Part shown: one piece after another, positions 39,840-51,452 of the stretch
How positions within the stretch are numbered: position 1 is the stretch's first letter
Layout of the letters: every line of letters starts with the position of its first letter
NCBI GenBank assembly: GCA_046757725.1
Contig: JBHHYU010000005.1
Span: 4,947-68,946, forward strand
Direction: 5' to 3'
Source: Candidatus Binatia bacterium
Lineage (GTDB): Bacteria > Desulfobacterota > Binatia > UBA9968
DNA length: 64,000 nucleotides
Translations under genes and position numbers: made by a program
The notes under the pieces: generated by a model
Told to the model about the DNA's origin: nothing
What the model saw: the letters and a program-made list of their open reading frames with translations, nothing else
Database searches by the model: none

Positions 39840-41510
39840 TCATTGACGGGTGATAACAATGTCGACATTGTGAGACCCTATCTTCACTGGATTATCTTTG
39901 GCTTCCCCCCGTAGATTTCCCGGTTCCTTAGTCATTGCGTTGCCGTCTTTATCCAGCAGCGCCGACACGCGTACTTTGGCGGGAAAGGACTGGCCCGGCA
40001 TGATGATGTCTTTTGAACTCAGGGAATAAACAGATGGAAAGACTGGCTGGTTGATTTTCTTTACGGCCAGAGGAGGGCCTCCTGCGGAATCGGACGAACG
40101 TGCGATGATAAAGAGAACGCCCCGACCTAGCATGTTTGGCTTGAGCTTAGGATCCAGAGACACGGTTCCCCGTATACCGGCTGTGGGCAGCGGAACCTGA
40201 GCAGGTTGTGAGCCCGTTTTTTTACCGGCAACTAGTTTGTTTAGTTCTGCAATCGTATTCTGTATTTCCTCTTTTTGTGCCCCGGCTGGGAGCAGGTTTA
40301 CAAGTCTGTTCAATGCCTCACGGGCCCCCACGTAGTCTTTTTTTGCATGATAAAGAACTAGGCCTTTTCCTAAAAGGGCAAGCGGATAATTAGGGGTGGT
40401 CAGGAGGGCCCGATTGAACGCCAAGAGAGCACCATCGGAATGTCCGGCTTGAGTCAGAATCAATCCCATGTACGTATGCGCCTCAGGTTGATTTGGATCT
40501 ATCTCGAGGGCACGCTTGAAGGTCGTAATGGCTGCCCGGAGGTCATGTCGCTCAAATGCAGCTCGACCCTGAGAAAGGAGATTCGGAAGATCTTTCGATG
40601 CGACTCCTCCCGTTCCTGGCTTGCCCCTGAGCCCTCCTGCGTCAGTACCCGTGAGAAAGTCGCCGGTGACGGAATCCTGTTGGGATAACCGGGGCCGGAG
40701 GGATCTGGTTAAAAGCACACCAATAGTGACCCCGAAAACCAAAAGAAATATGCCTCCCGCGGCAAGCCTCCAGCCCCTTTGGGAGACCTTCCCCTTTTCC
40801 AAAGTCTGCTTCGTTGCCTGACCCTGCTTGCTTTCGGTTGTCGCAGTCCGTGCGATAGGGTGAGGAGAGGCAGACAAATCGATCTCTCTTAGGACCATCG
40901 CGGCCTGAGCTTCAAGGCTTTGCCGCGACTCTCTGTAGTCCGCCTCAGAAAGTTTTCCCGTCTGGTAGTCGAACTCGAGTTCCCTGAGATTCGCGTAGAG
41001 CCTATTCCGTTCCAGCTGGAGAGGTGGGGGGAGGCTTTGCGCCTGTAAATCTGAACTAATATTCTCTTTCTCTGCCGCTTCGCGGCGTACGCGGTCAATA
41101 AGAGCTGGGTCCACGGTTTTTGGTTGGTGCTTATCTGTTTTACGTACCGAGCGTCTTAAAAGCAAAACTGCAATGAGAAATCCGACAGCTAAGGCGAAAA
41201 AGGGCAGTACCCACACCAACAGATTGAAACCCCTTCTTGGCGGGGCAAGGAGGACCCAGTCTCCGTATTTTGAGACAAAATAGGCTTTCACCTGGTCCGG
41301 TTCCTTACCTTCTTTGAGCTGTTTACGAATCACCGCTCGCATCTCCTGGGCCAACTCGGAGGGCGAGTCGGCAACGGAGAGGTTTTGACATACCGGACAC
41401 CGCAGGACAGCGCCTATTTGCTGCGCCTGCTCTTCCAGATCCGGCGGCTGTGCCAGGAGAGCCGGTGAAGGGGTCAATAGCAGAATTAGAACCAGTAGGG
41501 TGCGCCACAT
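39840..41510 (-). CDS. ccmH: Cytochrome c-type biogenesis protein CcmH fused to a TPR-containing CcmI-like domain
   Basis: N-terminal LRCPVCQNLS CcmH motif and a transmembrane segment, followed by a TPR-rich periplasmic domain. Confidence 0.7.
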   Translation of the reverse strand: MWRTLLVLILLLTPSPALLAQPPDLEEQAQQIGAVLRCPVCQNLSVADSPSELAQEMRAVIRKQLKEGKEPDQVKAYFVSKYGDWVLLAPPRRGFNLLVWVLPFFALAVGFLIAVLLLRRSVRKTDKHQPKTVDPALIDRVRREAAEKENISSDLQAQSLPPPLQLERNRLYANLRELEFDYQTGKLSEADYRESRQSLEAQAAMVLREIDLSASPHPIARTATTESKQGQATKQTLEKGKVSQRGWRLAAGGIFLLVFGVTIGVLLTRSLRPRLSQQDSVTGDFLTGTDAGGLRGKPGTGGVASKDLPNLLSQGRAAFERHDLRAAITTFKRALEIDPNQPEAHTYMGLILTQAGHSDGALLAFNRALLTTPNYPLALLGKGLVLYHAKKDYVGAREALNRLVNLLPAGAQKEEIQNTIAELNKLVAGKKTGSQPAQVPLPTAGIRGTVSLDPKLKPNMLGRGVLFIIARSSDSAGGPPLAVKKINQPVFPSVYSLSSKDIIMPGQSFPAKVRVSALLDKDGNAMTKEPGNLRGEAKDNPVKIGSHNVDIVITRQ

Positions 41511-41516
41511 AACAGG

Positions 41517-42083
41517 TTACCGGATGGACTGATACTCTCCTTTTCCTTCCTGTGCACTCACCACCCTGTTTTGAGCTTCATTCACTTTGGCGGTTAAAAG
41601 GGATGTTTCAATCGACCCCGCATGTTTGTACGTGATTCGCCCTTCAGGGTCGATAAAAAAGCTTTCCGGGATTCCCCAGACGCCATAATCAATCGCGATC
41701 TTTCCCGAGGCATCCCGGCCATTCGGATAAGTGATATTAAATTCGCGAATAAAAGCTCGGCCATTCTTTTCTGTGTCCTGGATTTCGATCCCCAGAAAGA
41801 CGATATCTTCATCCTTAAGTTTCTGCCATGCCGTTTCGAGATCTCTTGCCTCGGCCCTGCACGGGGGGCACCAGGAAGACCAAAAATTAAGAAAGACTAC
41901 CTTCCCTCGCAAATCCTCGAGACGCAGTTTCTTACCGTCGAAAAGTGCCAGAGTAAAAGGCGCAGCCTGTCGTCCAATCAATGGGGATGGAATGTATCGG
42001 GGGTCACGATTAAAGCCATAGGCGAGTATCCCAATAAGGGGAAGAATGATGCCTAAGGTAACGATCAGGCGCCGCCAAGGCAT
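41517..42083 (-). CDS. ccmG: Thiol:disulfide interchange protein CcmG/DsbE
   Basis: Thioredoxin fold with a WCPPC active site (WSSWCPPCRAE) and an N-terminal membrane anchor. Confidence 0.8.
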   Translation of the reverse strand: MPWRRLIVTLGIILPLIGILAYGFNRDPRYIPSPLIGRQAAPFTLALFDGKKLRLEDLRGKVVFLNFWSSWCPPCRAEARDLETAWQKLKDEDIVFLGIEIQDTEKNGRAFIREFNITYPNGRDASGKIAIDYGVWGIPESFFIDPEGRITYKHAGSIETSLLTAKVNEAQNRVVSAQEGKGEYQSIR

Positions 42084-42084
42084 C

Positions 42085-44046
42085 TCAACCCTCCCTCCGC
42101 ACCATTTGCCGGGCAGGCCAGATAGAAACGATAGTGCCGAAAACTATAACGATCCCGCCGATCCACATCCAGGCTAAAAGCGGTCGCACAAGAACCTTCA
42201 ACGTGGCTTGGTTCTGCTCAAGTTCGCTAAAACCTGAAAGGATAACGTAGAGGTCATGGCTGAAACTACTGCGGTGAACCGCCCGCCCGACCGGAGATTG
42301 CCGGTTGGGGAAAAACTTCAGGGCAGGGGAAAGGACTCCCAATTCATGCCCACTGTTGAAGACGCGAAAAACCCCTTCCACACGGAAGTGGGTGGCGCGC
42401 TGGGATCCCTTCAACCCTTCAAATTCGAGCCGATAGGGTTTTATTGAAATGCTATCTCCCCGTTGGAGCGTAGCTTCACGCTCTACACTATAACTCATGG
42501 ATCCGGTAATACCCATGATGATCAAGACCACGCCAAGGTGGACGACCAGGCCACCGTACCGGCGCTGGTTGCGTCGAACCAACGTTCTCAGCGCTGAAAA
42601 AACGCCCTCTCCAGCAAGTCTGTGCCGGGTTCGAACGGCGAGCGCCGTATCGAATAGAATCGTAAAGATCACAAAGGCCGAAAGCGTGAAACCAAGAAGT
42701 GGGAAGAAATCCCTCACCGACATCGCAATAAGGACCATAGCCGTAAACAGGGAAGCGGTCGCAGGCCACAGGAAATTTCGCCTGAGGTTGTCCCAGGAGG
42801 CCTTTCTCCAGGCAATCATGGGGCCGACACCCATAAGAAAGACCAAAAGAAGAAAAAGAGGGGCAACCACGGAGTTAAAATAGGGGGCTCCTACGCTTAC
42901 CTGAGAACCAGTCACCGCTTCGGAGATCAGAGGAAAGATAGTCCCCAAGAAGATCGTAAAAAGAGCGGAAACCAAAACAACATTGTTGAGGAGAAACGTC
43001 GATTCGCGGCTGACCATCGAATCTAATTCCGGCTGACCTTTGAGTTTATCTGCCCGAAATGCCAGCAGGCCAAAAGAGCCGAGAAGAACAAAACCAAGAA
43101 ATGAAAGAAATATCACCCCGACGGGTCCGGAGGAAAAAGCATGGATCGAGGAAAGGACACCGGAACGAGTGAGAAAGGTGCCGAAAATCGTCAGGCTAAA
43201 GGCGATGATGATCAAAGAAAGGTTCCAGACCTTAAGCATACGTCGCCGCTCTTGGACTTGAATGGAGTGAAGAAAGGCGGTGGCCGGGAGCCAAGGCATG
43301 AAGGCTGCATTTTCAACGGGGTCCCAGGCCCAGTATCCACCCCACCCCAGGACATGGTACGACCACCACGCCCCCACCAGGTTGCCCATCGTCAAAAAAA
43401 ACCAGGCGATAATCGTCCAGCGGCGGGTTGTAACGATCCACGCCTCGTCCAGTTTCCCCTTGATGAGGGCGGCCATGGCGAAGGCGTAGGGAACCGTCAG
43501 GGCAACGAAGCCGGTATAGAGCAGTGGTGGATGAGTTAGCATGTTCGCGTCTTCTAAAAGTGGATTGAGCCCCTGACCGTCAGCAGGGACGGGAAAAACA
43601 CTCTCAAAAGGATTCGATGCAAATGCGATCACAGAAAGGAAAAAAGCGGAAACGATGGAGAAGATCATCAAGACCCACGGCATCGTTTCCGTGTGCCGGT
43701 CCTTATAAATCCACGCCAGCAGGGCAGAGAAGATAATAAGGATCCACTCCCATAGAAGCACCGAACCCTCAAGAGCTCCCCATAGGCCGGTTACACGGTA
43801 GTAGACGGGGGTGGATCGGGTCGTATTAAAAACCACGTACTTTATGGAAAAGTCCGTGGTCACAAGGGCATAAATCAAGCAGGCGGCGGCGGTAGTGACC
43901 AGCGCAAATTGACCGAGGATAGCAGCTCGGGTGCCGACAAGAAATCCGTGCTTTCCAGTACGAGCTCCCAGTATTGGGGAAAGAATCCCCCACACGGCTA
44001 AGAAGATTGCCACGACGATGCTGGCATGGCCAACTGTTGCGGTCAT
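42085..44046 (-). CDS. ccmF: Cytochrome c-type biogenesis protein CcmF (heme lyase)
   Basis: 653-aa polytopic membrane protein with a WGGYWAWDPVEN WWD domain. Confidence 0.85.
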   Translation of the reverse strand: MTATVGHASIVVAIFLAVWGILSPILGARTGKHGFLVGTRAAILGQFALVTTAAACLIYALVTTDFSIKYVVFNTTRSTPVYYRVTGLWGALEGSVLLWEWILIIFSALLAWIYKDRHTETMPWVLMIFSIVSAFFLSVIAFASNPFESVFPVPADGQGLNPLLEDANMLTHPPLLYTGFVALTVPYAFAMAALIKGKLDEAWIVTTRRWTIIAWFFLTMGNLVGAWWSYHVLGWGGYWAWDPVENAAFMPWLPATAFLHSIQVQERRRMLKVWNLSLIIIAFSLTIFGTFLTRSGVLSSIHAFSSGPVGVIFLSFLGFVLLGSFGLLAFRADKLKGQPELDSMVSRESTFLLNNVVLVSALFTIFLGTIFPLISEAVTGSQVSVGAPYFNSVVAPLFLLLVFLMGVGPMIAWRKASWDNLRRNFLWPATASLFTAMVLIAMSVRDFFPLLGFTLSAFVIFTILFDTALAVRTRHRLAGEGVFSALRTLVRRNQRRYGGLVVHLGVVLIIMGITGSMSYSVEREATLQRGDSISIKPYRLEFEGLKGSQRATHFRVEGVFRVFNSGHELGVLSPALKFFPNRQSPVGRAVHRSSFSHDLYVILSGFSELEQNQATLKVLVRPLLAWMWIGGIVIVFGTIVSIWPARQMVRREG

Positions 44047-44051
44047 CCTTT

Positions 44052-44486
44052 TTACGGCTCCTTACCGGGGACAAAGCTCCTTGCCTCAGCATGTTTCCCT
44101 TTTTTGGGAGGACTGTACTCTTCTGAATGCTTGGCCATAATCGTTGTAGCAAGAAAAATCCCGTTTTTACTGATGCGACCCTCAACCACAGCCCCTTTTC
44201 CCTCGGAAAATAGATCGGGCGGGACACCATGAAAGTATACAGGGATCGATGCTTTTCCATCCGTGATTTGAAAGCGATAGGTGAGATTTTTGAGATCCTT
44301 CTCCAAGGACCCTGGCACAACCATTCCTCCCAGGCGTAAAAACTGATCCCCGGATACTTTCTCTTGCCCTTTCAACTCTGAGGGAGTGCGGAAATAGACA
44401 ATAGCCTGACGCATCCCCCCGTAGATTAAATAAGACAGCGCTGCAACGATGATAACCCCTCCGATAATGAATCTTCTCTTTCTCAT
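44052..44486 (-). CDS. ccmE: Cytochrome c-type biogenesis heme chaperone CcmE
   Basis: 144 aa. N-terminal anchor, OB fold and LRLGGMVVPGS motif. Confidence 0.8.
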   Translation of the reverse strand: MRKRRFIIGGVIIVAALSYLIYGGMRQAIVYFRTPSELKGQEKVSGDQFLRLGGMVVPGSLEKDLKNLTYRFQITDGKASIPVYFHGVPPDLFSEGKGAVVEGRISKNGIFLATTIMAKHSEEYSPPKKGKHAEARSFVPGKEP

Positions 44487-44603
44487 TGTGACCTTCGAGA
44501 TGTTTGGACCGCTTCCTTGTGATCAAATAAATAAACTATCATCGCTGAACACTCGTTTCTACTACCTTTTAGGTTCGCACCGGGCCCCATGCCGCAAGTG
44601 CGG

Positions 44604-44738
44604 TCATTCCGACGGACGACTGCGAAAAAGCTCTTCTTCCGCCTTCCTAAGGCGGCGTTTGAGCATGAAAAGATAGAGTAGAAGTGCACACCAAACAATC
44701 CCGTAGGCCAGGAAAACAAACCCCCAAGCTTCCATTAT
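44604..44738 (-). CDS. ccmD: Heme exporter protein CcmD (small single-transmembrane protein)
   Basis: The 44-aa product MEAWGFVFLAYGIVWCALLLYLFMLKRRLRKAEEELF... has its ATG overlapping the ccmC stop. It is the internal-start portion of track ORF 44604..44885. Confidence 0.45.
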   Translation of the reverse strand: MMEAWGFVFLAYGIVWCALLLYLFMLKRRLRKAEEELFRSRPSE

Positions 44739-45442
44739 GTTCCTCCTTGAAGCCTTACTCTTTTGACCTCTTGTTCCGTTTCTGCGATTCGGAATCGCAG
44801 GGAGAGAAGATAAAAATAAAGTAGAATAAATGCGATAAAATTTAGCAACAGGGCAATGAGCATGGATGGATCGATGTTCTCCCATGGCGCTTTATCGGGT
44901 CGAAGGATAGACGGTGGTTGATGCAGTGTACGCCACCAGTAAACCGACATATGAATCAAGGGAATATCCAAAAAGCCAATGATGCCTAGGACGGCGCCAC
45001 CTACAGCGCTACGGTTTTCCTCTTCAATGAGCGAGCGCAGTATCAAATAGGCGACAAAGATCAAGAAAAGGATGGCCGTCAATGTCAGACGCGCGTCCCA
45101 GGTCCACCAGACTCCCCAAGTGGGTTTACCCCATATGGATCCTTCAATAATGGTAAGACCCGTGAAAAGAACGCCAATCTCCGCAGCTGAATACGCAAGG
45201 ATATCGTCGCGTTTCTCCCTCTTCCATAAAAAAAGGCAACTTCCCACAAAAACTATAAAAAAAGAAAGATAGGCTGTGAGGATCGTAGGGATATGCAGAT
45301 ACATAATTCGTTGGACTTCCCCCTGGTAGGCATCGGGAGGAGCCTGGATCAGCCCGAAATAGAGACCCAAAAGAATAAAAAAAAGCGCCAATGCCCCGAG
45401 AACTGTTCGCCCTCTGCTTTTTCTGCGCACCATCTCTTTCAT
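44735..45442 (-). CDS. ccmC: Heme exporter protein CcmC
   Basis: WGxxWxWD tryptophan-rich motif (WGKPTWGVWWTWDARL). Confidence 0.8.
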   Translation of the reverse strand: MKEMVRRKSRGRTVLGALALFFILLGLYFGLIQAPPDAYQGEVQRIMYLHIPTILTAYLSFFIVFVGSCLFLWKREKRDDILAYSAAEIGVLFTGLTIIEGSIWGKPTWGVWWTWDARLTLTAILFLIFVAYLILRSLIEEENRSAVGGAVLGIIGFLDIPLIHMSVYWWRTLHQPPSILRPDKAPWENIDPSMLIALLLNFIAFILLYFYLLSLRFRIAETEQEVKRVRLQGGT

Positions 45443-45444
45443 AT

Positions 45445-46122
45445 TTACTCCTCAATTACCCATTCAAAGATCAGAAACCCTGCCGTTGAAAATATAACAT
45501 CAAATACGAACAGAAGGCGCAACCACGGGGAGGCATCCTCGAAACTTCCCGTCTGAAGGATAAGCTCCATCCCCCGAATGGTTGCCAGTATGACTGGAAT
45601 CATCAACGGGAAAAGAATCAGGGGGAGCAGAAGTTCCCTTGCCCGCGCTTTAACCGTAACTCCCGAGAACAGCGTGCCTAAAACGCAAAAGCCGATAGTC
45701 CCAAGCAGAGCGACAAAAAAAAGAGAAGGCAACTGACTCCAGAGATCGAGATTGAACAGCACAAAGAATAGAGGAAAAACAATGACCTCAACCAACAGCA
45801 TCATGAGCAAATTGAAAAATATCTTAGCCAGATAGAGCGCTGCCCGGTCCATGGGACACAAGAGAAGAGCTTCCAGACATCGGTTTTCTTTCTCCGGCTG
45901 AAAGAGTTGTGTTAATCCGAGGGTGCCTGTAAAAATAAAGGCAAGCCATAGTAACCCTGGAGCCATTTTCGCTGCTCTCGTAGGCGGGATGTCAAAGGCA
46001 AATTGAAAGACGAAAAGAAGCAGGATGCCGAAAAAAAACATTGCTATAAGACTCTCCCTGCGGCGTATTTCCAAGAGAAAGTCCTTCCATAATAACCAGA
46101 TGCTCTGCGTCAGAAGTTCCAT
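45445..46122 (-). CDS. ccmB: Heme exporter permease CcmB
   Basis: Six-transmembrane ABC permease positioned between ccmA and ccmC. The start was set to the internal Met overlapping the ccmA stop. Confidence 0.7.
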   Translation of the reverse strand: MELLTQSIWLLWKDFLLEIRRRESLIAMFFFGILLLFVFQFAFDIPPTRAAKMAPGLLWLAFIFTGTLGLTQLFQPEKENRCLEALLLCPMDRAALYLAKIFFNLLMMLLVEVIVFPLFFVLFNLDLWSQLPSLFFVALLGTIGFCVLGTLFSGVTVKARARELLLPLILFPLMIPVILATIRGMELILQTGSFEDASPWLRLLFVFDVIFSTAGFLIFEWVIEE

Positions 46123-46826
46123 TTTTCCCCCCGGGGAAGAAACCCCCCAAATACGCGGTGTAGACTCTCCCACGGCTCCCGGCGGGGCTCATCGAAAATG
46201 ATCCTGCCTTTATTCAAGACAACTGCCCTGGAACAGAAGGTAGCGATGCGCGGGACGTGATGTGTCGCGATGACCACGATGCCTCCATGGATGCACAGCC
46301 TTTCGAGATAAGATTCCAAGAGATCCACACCGTTGCCATCGAGTACGCCATAGGGTTCATCCAACAGGAGAAGCCGTGGCTCCAGAAGCTGCCACTTGGC
46401 AATGGCGAGACGGCATTTCATACCGCTGGAGAGGGATGCTACATACTCATTCGAGCAGCCCAGGAGACCAACGGTATCGAGGGAATGCTCGATATCGTGT
46501 AGATCTTTTCCGGTACCATAAAGCGCATTGAAAAGACGGAGATTCTCCTTGAGAGTCAGATTCTCATAAAAATGTTCACCGGGGGATAGGAGGCCGACGG
46601 CAGAGCGAAGGCGAGAAGAACCAAGGCGGATTTTCTGTCCGTCCAGTTCGATCTGTCCGCTAGTTGGATAGAGAAGGGCCGAAAGGAGCCTAAGGAAAGT
46701 AGTTTTCCCGGCTCCGTTTGGGCCGAGCAAGGCGATGCGTTCACCCGACTGGAACTCAACATTGACGTCCTTTAACGCCCATAAGAACCCGTAGGCCTTG
46801 GATAGCTGACGAACGATCACCCGCAA
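46110..46826 (-). CDS. ccmA: Heme exporter ATP-binding protein CcmA
   Basis: Walker A GPNGAGKTT, signature LSSGMKCRL and Walker B LLLLDEP. Confidence 0.75.
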   Translation of the reverse strand: MRVIVRQLSKAYGFLWALKDVNVEFQSGERIALLGPNGAGKTTFLRLLSALLYPTSGQIELDGQKIRLGSSRLRSAVGLLSPGEHFYENLTLKENLRLFNALYGTGKDLHDIEHSLDTVGLLGCSNEYVASLSSGMKCRLAIAKWQLLEPRLLLLDEPYGVLDGNGVDLLESYLERLCIHGGIVVIATHHVPRIATFCSRAVVLNKGRIIFDEPRREPWESLHRVFGGFLPRGEKWNF

Positions 46827-47211
46827 GAGACGCTTCCTAAATTTGGCAACGGAAGTTTTAAAAACATCAAAAGAACAGTTTCACGAATATATTCCTGGGG
46901 GAAACGGGATTCAAGGCATGAAAAATCCTCAAGAAGAAGTTGGCAGAAGCCGTCCGTTTTATCCATTGAAGGTTTTCCCTAGGGCTTGATAGATACATGA
47001 GGTGTTTCTTTCAGGTCGCAATAGGTTCCTGAAAGAAATCACCACCCAATAGTTTACCCTATTTTACCCCGTTAGTAACATCAGTGTTCTCTCTTTGAGC
47101 GCAAGAACCTTAAAGCTTCCAGGGAGCGAAAAAGGTTGACAATTCCGAATGGAGTTGCCTATGTATGATTGAGAGGAAGTGACTACAATGGATCACGGAA
47201 AGGGAATCACA

Positions 47212-47882
47212 TGGAAATGATCACGACAGTTACCGGTGCCTGGAATGCCTTTGCTACCAAGATAGGCGCTTTTTTCCCTCATCTATTCGCGGCACTTGCC
47301 ATTCTGATCATAGGTTGGATTGCCTGTAATATCGTGAAGAGACTCATTGTCCGTATTCTCAGGGTCTGCCAGTTCGACTCTTTGGCGGCAAAATCGGGAA
47401 TCAGTAATGTACTCGAGCGAGGCGGGGTTCAACAGAGCTCTTCAGAGATACTCGCCCTTTTGATTTTCTGGTTTTTATTTCTGATCGTACTTGTAGCCAC
47501 GTTGGATACCTTGGGTCTGCCCGGCGTGACCGATACCTTGAACACGATCTATCTCTATATCCCAAAACTTGTCGCCGCTATCGTTATACTTATTCTGGGG
47601 CTTTACTTCGCCAATTTTCTTGAAACTGTGACTCGGACCTCCTGTGCGAACGCGGGCCTACAACAGGCAGACGCCATTGGTCACGTAACCTATTACGCTA
47701 CGGTAATCTTCGTTATTGCAGCCATATTACAGATTCTTCAAATAGCCGCAGAAATTGTTATGTGGGCTTTCGTGTCTATGTTCGGAGCGGTCTGCTTAGC
47801 CCTAGCCATAGCCTTCGGTCTAGGCGGAAGAGAGGTGGCTCACCGCTACCTTGAAAAGTGGCTGGAAGAAAAAAATAAATAA
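47212..47882 (+). CDS. Membrane protein with duplicated conserved transmembrane-helix repeats (mechanosensitive-channel-associated TM helix family)
   Basis: Two homologous hydrophobic repeats (AALAILIIGWIACNIVKRLIVRIL / AAIVILILGLYFANFLETVTR). The start was set at MEMITT. Confidence 0.4.
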
Positions 47883-48286
47883 ACTGGAGGTTCGAAAAAA
47901 GGGGAGGGCCCAAGTCTATCCCGACTGGCTAAACTCCTTTCTACCGGCTCTCCATTGAAAAGAGTGGTTCCTCAGGAGAAATCCATCCGGCGTGAGTCAA
48001 TAAGCAATAGGTTAGTGCCTTGACGGCCGTTCTCCCGTCCCCTTTGGGTGATCTCTCCAATGGCCTGTGCCTAACTGGAGCACCGCAATTTCTACGGTAG
48101 AGTCCTTTCTACCTTGACTATTTTTCCTAAATCAGTTAACTATTACATATATAAGGTGTTTTTGCTTCTTATTTTCCAGATAGCCTAGGGGTTACCGCAG
48201 AAGATAATATAGCCCTTGGGCTATTTTTAGTGGTAGGGGGGCGGTTCGCGTAGTTAGTAAGACTCAACTAAAAGGAGTAGGGAAAA

Positions 48287-49231
48287 GTGGCACGAAAAAA
48301 GATCGCGTTAATCGGAGCTGGGAGTATCGGGGGCACAATGGCTCATCTCTGTGCCTTAAAGAAGCTTGGCGACGTGGTTATCTATGATGTCATTGAAGGC
48401 CTCCCGGAAGGTAAAGCCCTCGACCTTCTTCAATCCGCCCCTGTCGAAGGTTTCGATGCGAAAATCACTGGGACGACTCGGTACGAAGATCTTCAAGGTG
48501 CTGATGTTTGTATTGTGACCGCGGGGATTGCGCGTAAACCAGGGATGAGCCGGGATGACTTGTTAGGGACCAATGCAAAGATCATGGCTCAGGTTGCAGA
48601 AGGGATCAAGACCTATGCTCCGGAGGCTTTTGTGATCGTGATCACTAACCCGCTAGATGCGATGGTGACCCTAGCCAAACGAGTCACGGGCTTTCCAAAG
48701 AACCGTGTCGTTGGACAATCCGGTATCCTCGATTCATCTCGCTACCAAACCTTCATTGCTCAAGAACTTCACATCTCTGTGGCCAGTGTCTCGGCGCTGG
48801 TTTTGGGAGGTCATGGAGACGACATGGTCCCGATTCGAAACAGTTGCTTGATCTCAGGTATCCCGGTGGAGAAATTCTTATCCAACGAACGGCTCGATGC
48901 CATCGAGAAAAGGGTGAGAAATGCCGGTGGTGAGATTGTGTCTCTGCTCAAAACTGGGTCTGCTTTTTATTCACCGGCATCGGCTGCGATCCGAATGGTG
49001 GAGGCCTACCTCCTGGATAAGAAAGAAGTGCTCCCCTGTGCGGCCTATCTCGAGGGTGAGTATGGAGTCAACGGTTATTATTTTGGAGTCCCGGTGTTAA
49101 TCGGCGCAGGAGGCGTGGAAAAGATCATCGAAATAGGACTCAGCCCCGCCGACAAAAAAGCGTTTGAGAAATCGTTGGCCCATGTCAAGGATCTGGTCCA
49201 GGCCATGGACAGAGTGGTTGCCGGCCACTAA
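48287..49231 (+). CDS. mdh: Malate dehydrogenase (LDH-like MDH family)
   Basis: [13 protein letters not shown] Rossmann motif and catalytic GGHGD. Confidence 0.85.
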   Translation: MARKKIALIGAGSIGGTMAHLCALKKLGDVVIYDVIEGLPEGKALDLLQSAPVEGFDAKITGTTRYEDLQGADVCIVTAGIARKPGMSRDDLLGTNAKIMAQVAEGIKTYAPEAFVIVITNPLDAMVTLAKRVTGFPKNRVVGQSGILDSSRYQTFIAQELHISVASVSALVLGGHGDDMVPIRNSCLISGIPVEKFLSNERLDAIEKRVRNAGGEIVSLLKTGSAFYSPASAAIRMVEAYLLDKKEVLPCAAYLEGEYGVNGYYFGVPVLIGAGGVEKIIEIGLSPADKKAFEKSLAHVKDLVQAMDRVVAGH

Positions 49232-49334
49232 GCATCGTCTCCTAAAATTGCAGGAAGCCAGGGATAAGTACGGAGAGCAGGCCTCGAAGTTATCTATCTG
49301 GCTTTTCCAATTTTCTTAAAATATTACGCTGCAG

Positions 49335-50504
49335 ATGAATATTCACGAATATCAGGCAAAAGCGATTTTGGAACGCTTCGGGATCCCCGTTCCCAAAGGA
49401 AATGTTGCTGCGACCCCTCAAGAAGCCAGAATGATAGCCCTAGAACTAGCAGTGCCATGTGTGGTCAAGGCTCAAATTCATGCCGGGGGGCGGGGAAAGG
49501 CCGGTGGAGTGAAGTTGGCAGGGAACCCACAGGAAGCTGAGCAAAGGGCCTCAGAGATACTGGGGAAAAAACTGATCACTCATCAGACTAGCTCCGAGGG
49601 CCGGCAGGTCCGGCGTCTTCTTGTTGAAGAAGGTCTTCATATTAAGCGTGAACTCTATTTGGGCATGGCCATAGACCGCTCTGCTTCGCGGGTGTCCCTT
49701 ATTGTTTCCGCGGAAGGGGGCGTCGAGATCGAGGAGGTGGCCCAGAGAAGTCCGGAGGCCATTTTAAAAGAGCTCATCGATCCGGCCGTTGGTCTTCTAC
49801 CGTTCCAATGCCGGAGACTCGCTTATGCGCTGGGCATTCCCAACGAACACGTGGGAAAACTAAGCTCCATCATGCAGGCTCTGTATGCAGCCTTTAACGC
49901 ATGCGATTGCTCACTGGCCGAGATTAATCCGCTCGTACTCACGGAAGAGGGTCAGATCCTAGCCCTAGACGCAAAAATGAACGTTGATAACAATGGGCTT
50001 TTTCGGCAACCGGAGATAACCGCTTTACGCGACCTGGATGAAGAGGACCCCCGGGAGATCGAAGCAGGTAGATCTGGTCTCTCTTACATTTCTTTGGATG
50101 GAAATATCGGCTGTATGGTTAACGGTGCGGGTCTCGCAATGGGGACCATGGATATTATCAAATTGTGCGGTGGTGAACCCGCCAATTTTCTTGATGTTGG
50201 GGGCGGGGCCAACCAGGAAAAAGTGGCCAAAGCCTTTAAGATCCTCCTTTCGGACCGTAGAGTCCAAGGCGTGCTGATCAATATCTTCGGTGGCATCATG
50301 AGGTGTGATGTGATCGCTCAAGGCGTGGTAGCGGCTGCGCGTGAGGTCAAGATCAGGATTCCGTTGGTGGTTCGACTCCAAGGCACCAATGTTGAGCTGG
50401 GAAGAAAGATTCTTTCCGAATCCGGCGTATCGATCATCCCGGCTGAGACCATGGGTGAGGCGGCAGAAAAAATCGTAAGCGCGGTAACAGAAGGAAAATC
50501 GTAG
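49335..50504 (+). CDS. sucC: Succinate--CoA ligase beta subunit
   Basis: [13 protein letters not shown]-terminus, ATP-grasp fold, 389 aa. Confidence 0.9.
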   Translation: MNIHEYQAKAILERFGIPVPKGNVAATPQEARMIALELAVPCVVKAQIHAGGRGKAGGVKLAGNPQEAEQRASEILGKKLITHQTSSEGRQVRRLLVEEGLHIKRELYLGMAIDRSASRVSLIVSAEGGVEIEEVAQRSPEAILKELIDPAVGLLPFQCRRLAYALGIPNEHVGKLSSIMQALYAAFNACDCSLAEINPLVLTEEGQILALDAKMNVDNNGLFRQPEITALRDLDEEDPREIEAGRSGLSYISLDGNIGCMVNGAGLAMGTMDIIKLCGGEPANFLDVGGGANQEKVAKAFKILLSDRRVQGVLINIFGGIMRCDVIAQGVVAAAREVKIRIPLVVRLQGTNVELGRKILSESGVSIIPAETMGEAAEKIVSAVTEGKS

Positions 50505-50530
50505 CAAAGTTAGACGGACTGCGAGCTCGG

Positions 50531-51406
50531 ATGGGTATATTAGTTGATAATACAACGCGAGTCCTAACCCAAGGAATTACCGGTACCACCGGTCAATTTC
50601 ATACCCGCGCGTGCAAAGAATATGGGACCCAGATGGTCGCCGGGGTCACGCCGGCAAAGGGTGGAAGGATTTTTGAAGGGATTCCAATCTATGACACTGT
50701 AGCCAAAGCCGTTGCTGCAACAGAAATTAATGCGAGCGTCATCTACGTTCCCCCTCCGTTTGCAGCCGATGCGATCATGGAGGCTGCCGACGCGGGGATA
50801 GAACTCATTATTTGTATTACGGAAGGGGTTCCGGTGAGGGACATGGTCCGTACCAAGAGATACCTGGAGGGAAAAACGTCCATACTGCTGGGCCCTAATT
50901 GTCCTGGCGTTATTACTCCTGGAGCGTGTAAAATCGGTATTATGCCCGGCCATATTCATCGGGTTGGCCAAGTCGGAGTGGTATCCCGCAGCGGGACATT
51001 GACCTATGAAGCGGTGGATCAACTGACGCGCTTAGGTTTGGGACAGTCTACCTGCGTTGGCATCGGGGGAGATCCGGTTCATGGGATGGATTTCGTAGAT
51101 GCGCTGAAACTTTTCAACGAGGACCCCCGCACGAGTGCAGTGGTCATGATAGGTGAAATCGGGGGTAATGCCGAAGAGGAGGCGGCGGTGTGGATAAAAA
51201 GCAATATGAATAAACCGGTGGTAGGTTTTATCGTCGGACAAACCGCGCCTCCCGGCAAACGTATGGGCCACGCCGGTGCAATTATTTCCGGCGGTAAAGG
51301 GACAGCGCGGGAAAAGATCGCGGCTCTAAAAGGGGCCCAAGTCCGCATCGCGCCATCACCAGCTCTCATAGGTCAGGCGATGAAGGAGGCGCTATCGAAA
51401 AAATAA
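50531..51406 (+). CDS. sucD: Succinate--CoA ligase alpha subunit
   Basis: CoA-binding fold. The phosphohistidine region is [14 protein letters not shown]. Confidence 0.9.
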   Translation: MGILVDNTTRVLTQGITGTTGQFHTRACKEYGTQMVAGVTPAKGGRIFEGIPIYDTVAKAVAATEINASVIYVPPPFAADAIMEAADAGIELIICITEGVPVRDMVRTKRYLEGKTSILLGPNCPGVITPGACKIGIMPGHIHRVGQVGVVSRSGTLTYEAVDQLTRLGLGQSTCVGIGGDPVHGMDFVDALKLFNEDPRTSAVVMIGEIGGNAEEEAAVWIKSNMNKPVVGFIVGQTAPPGKRMGHAGAIISGGKGTAREKIAALKGAQVRIAPSPALIGQAMKEALSKK

Positions 51407-51452
51407 CCTCGCAGGGACAGGGAAAAGAAACAGAGAAGAGAGACGGGTATTT

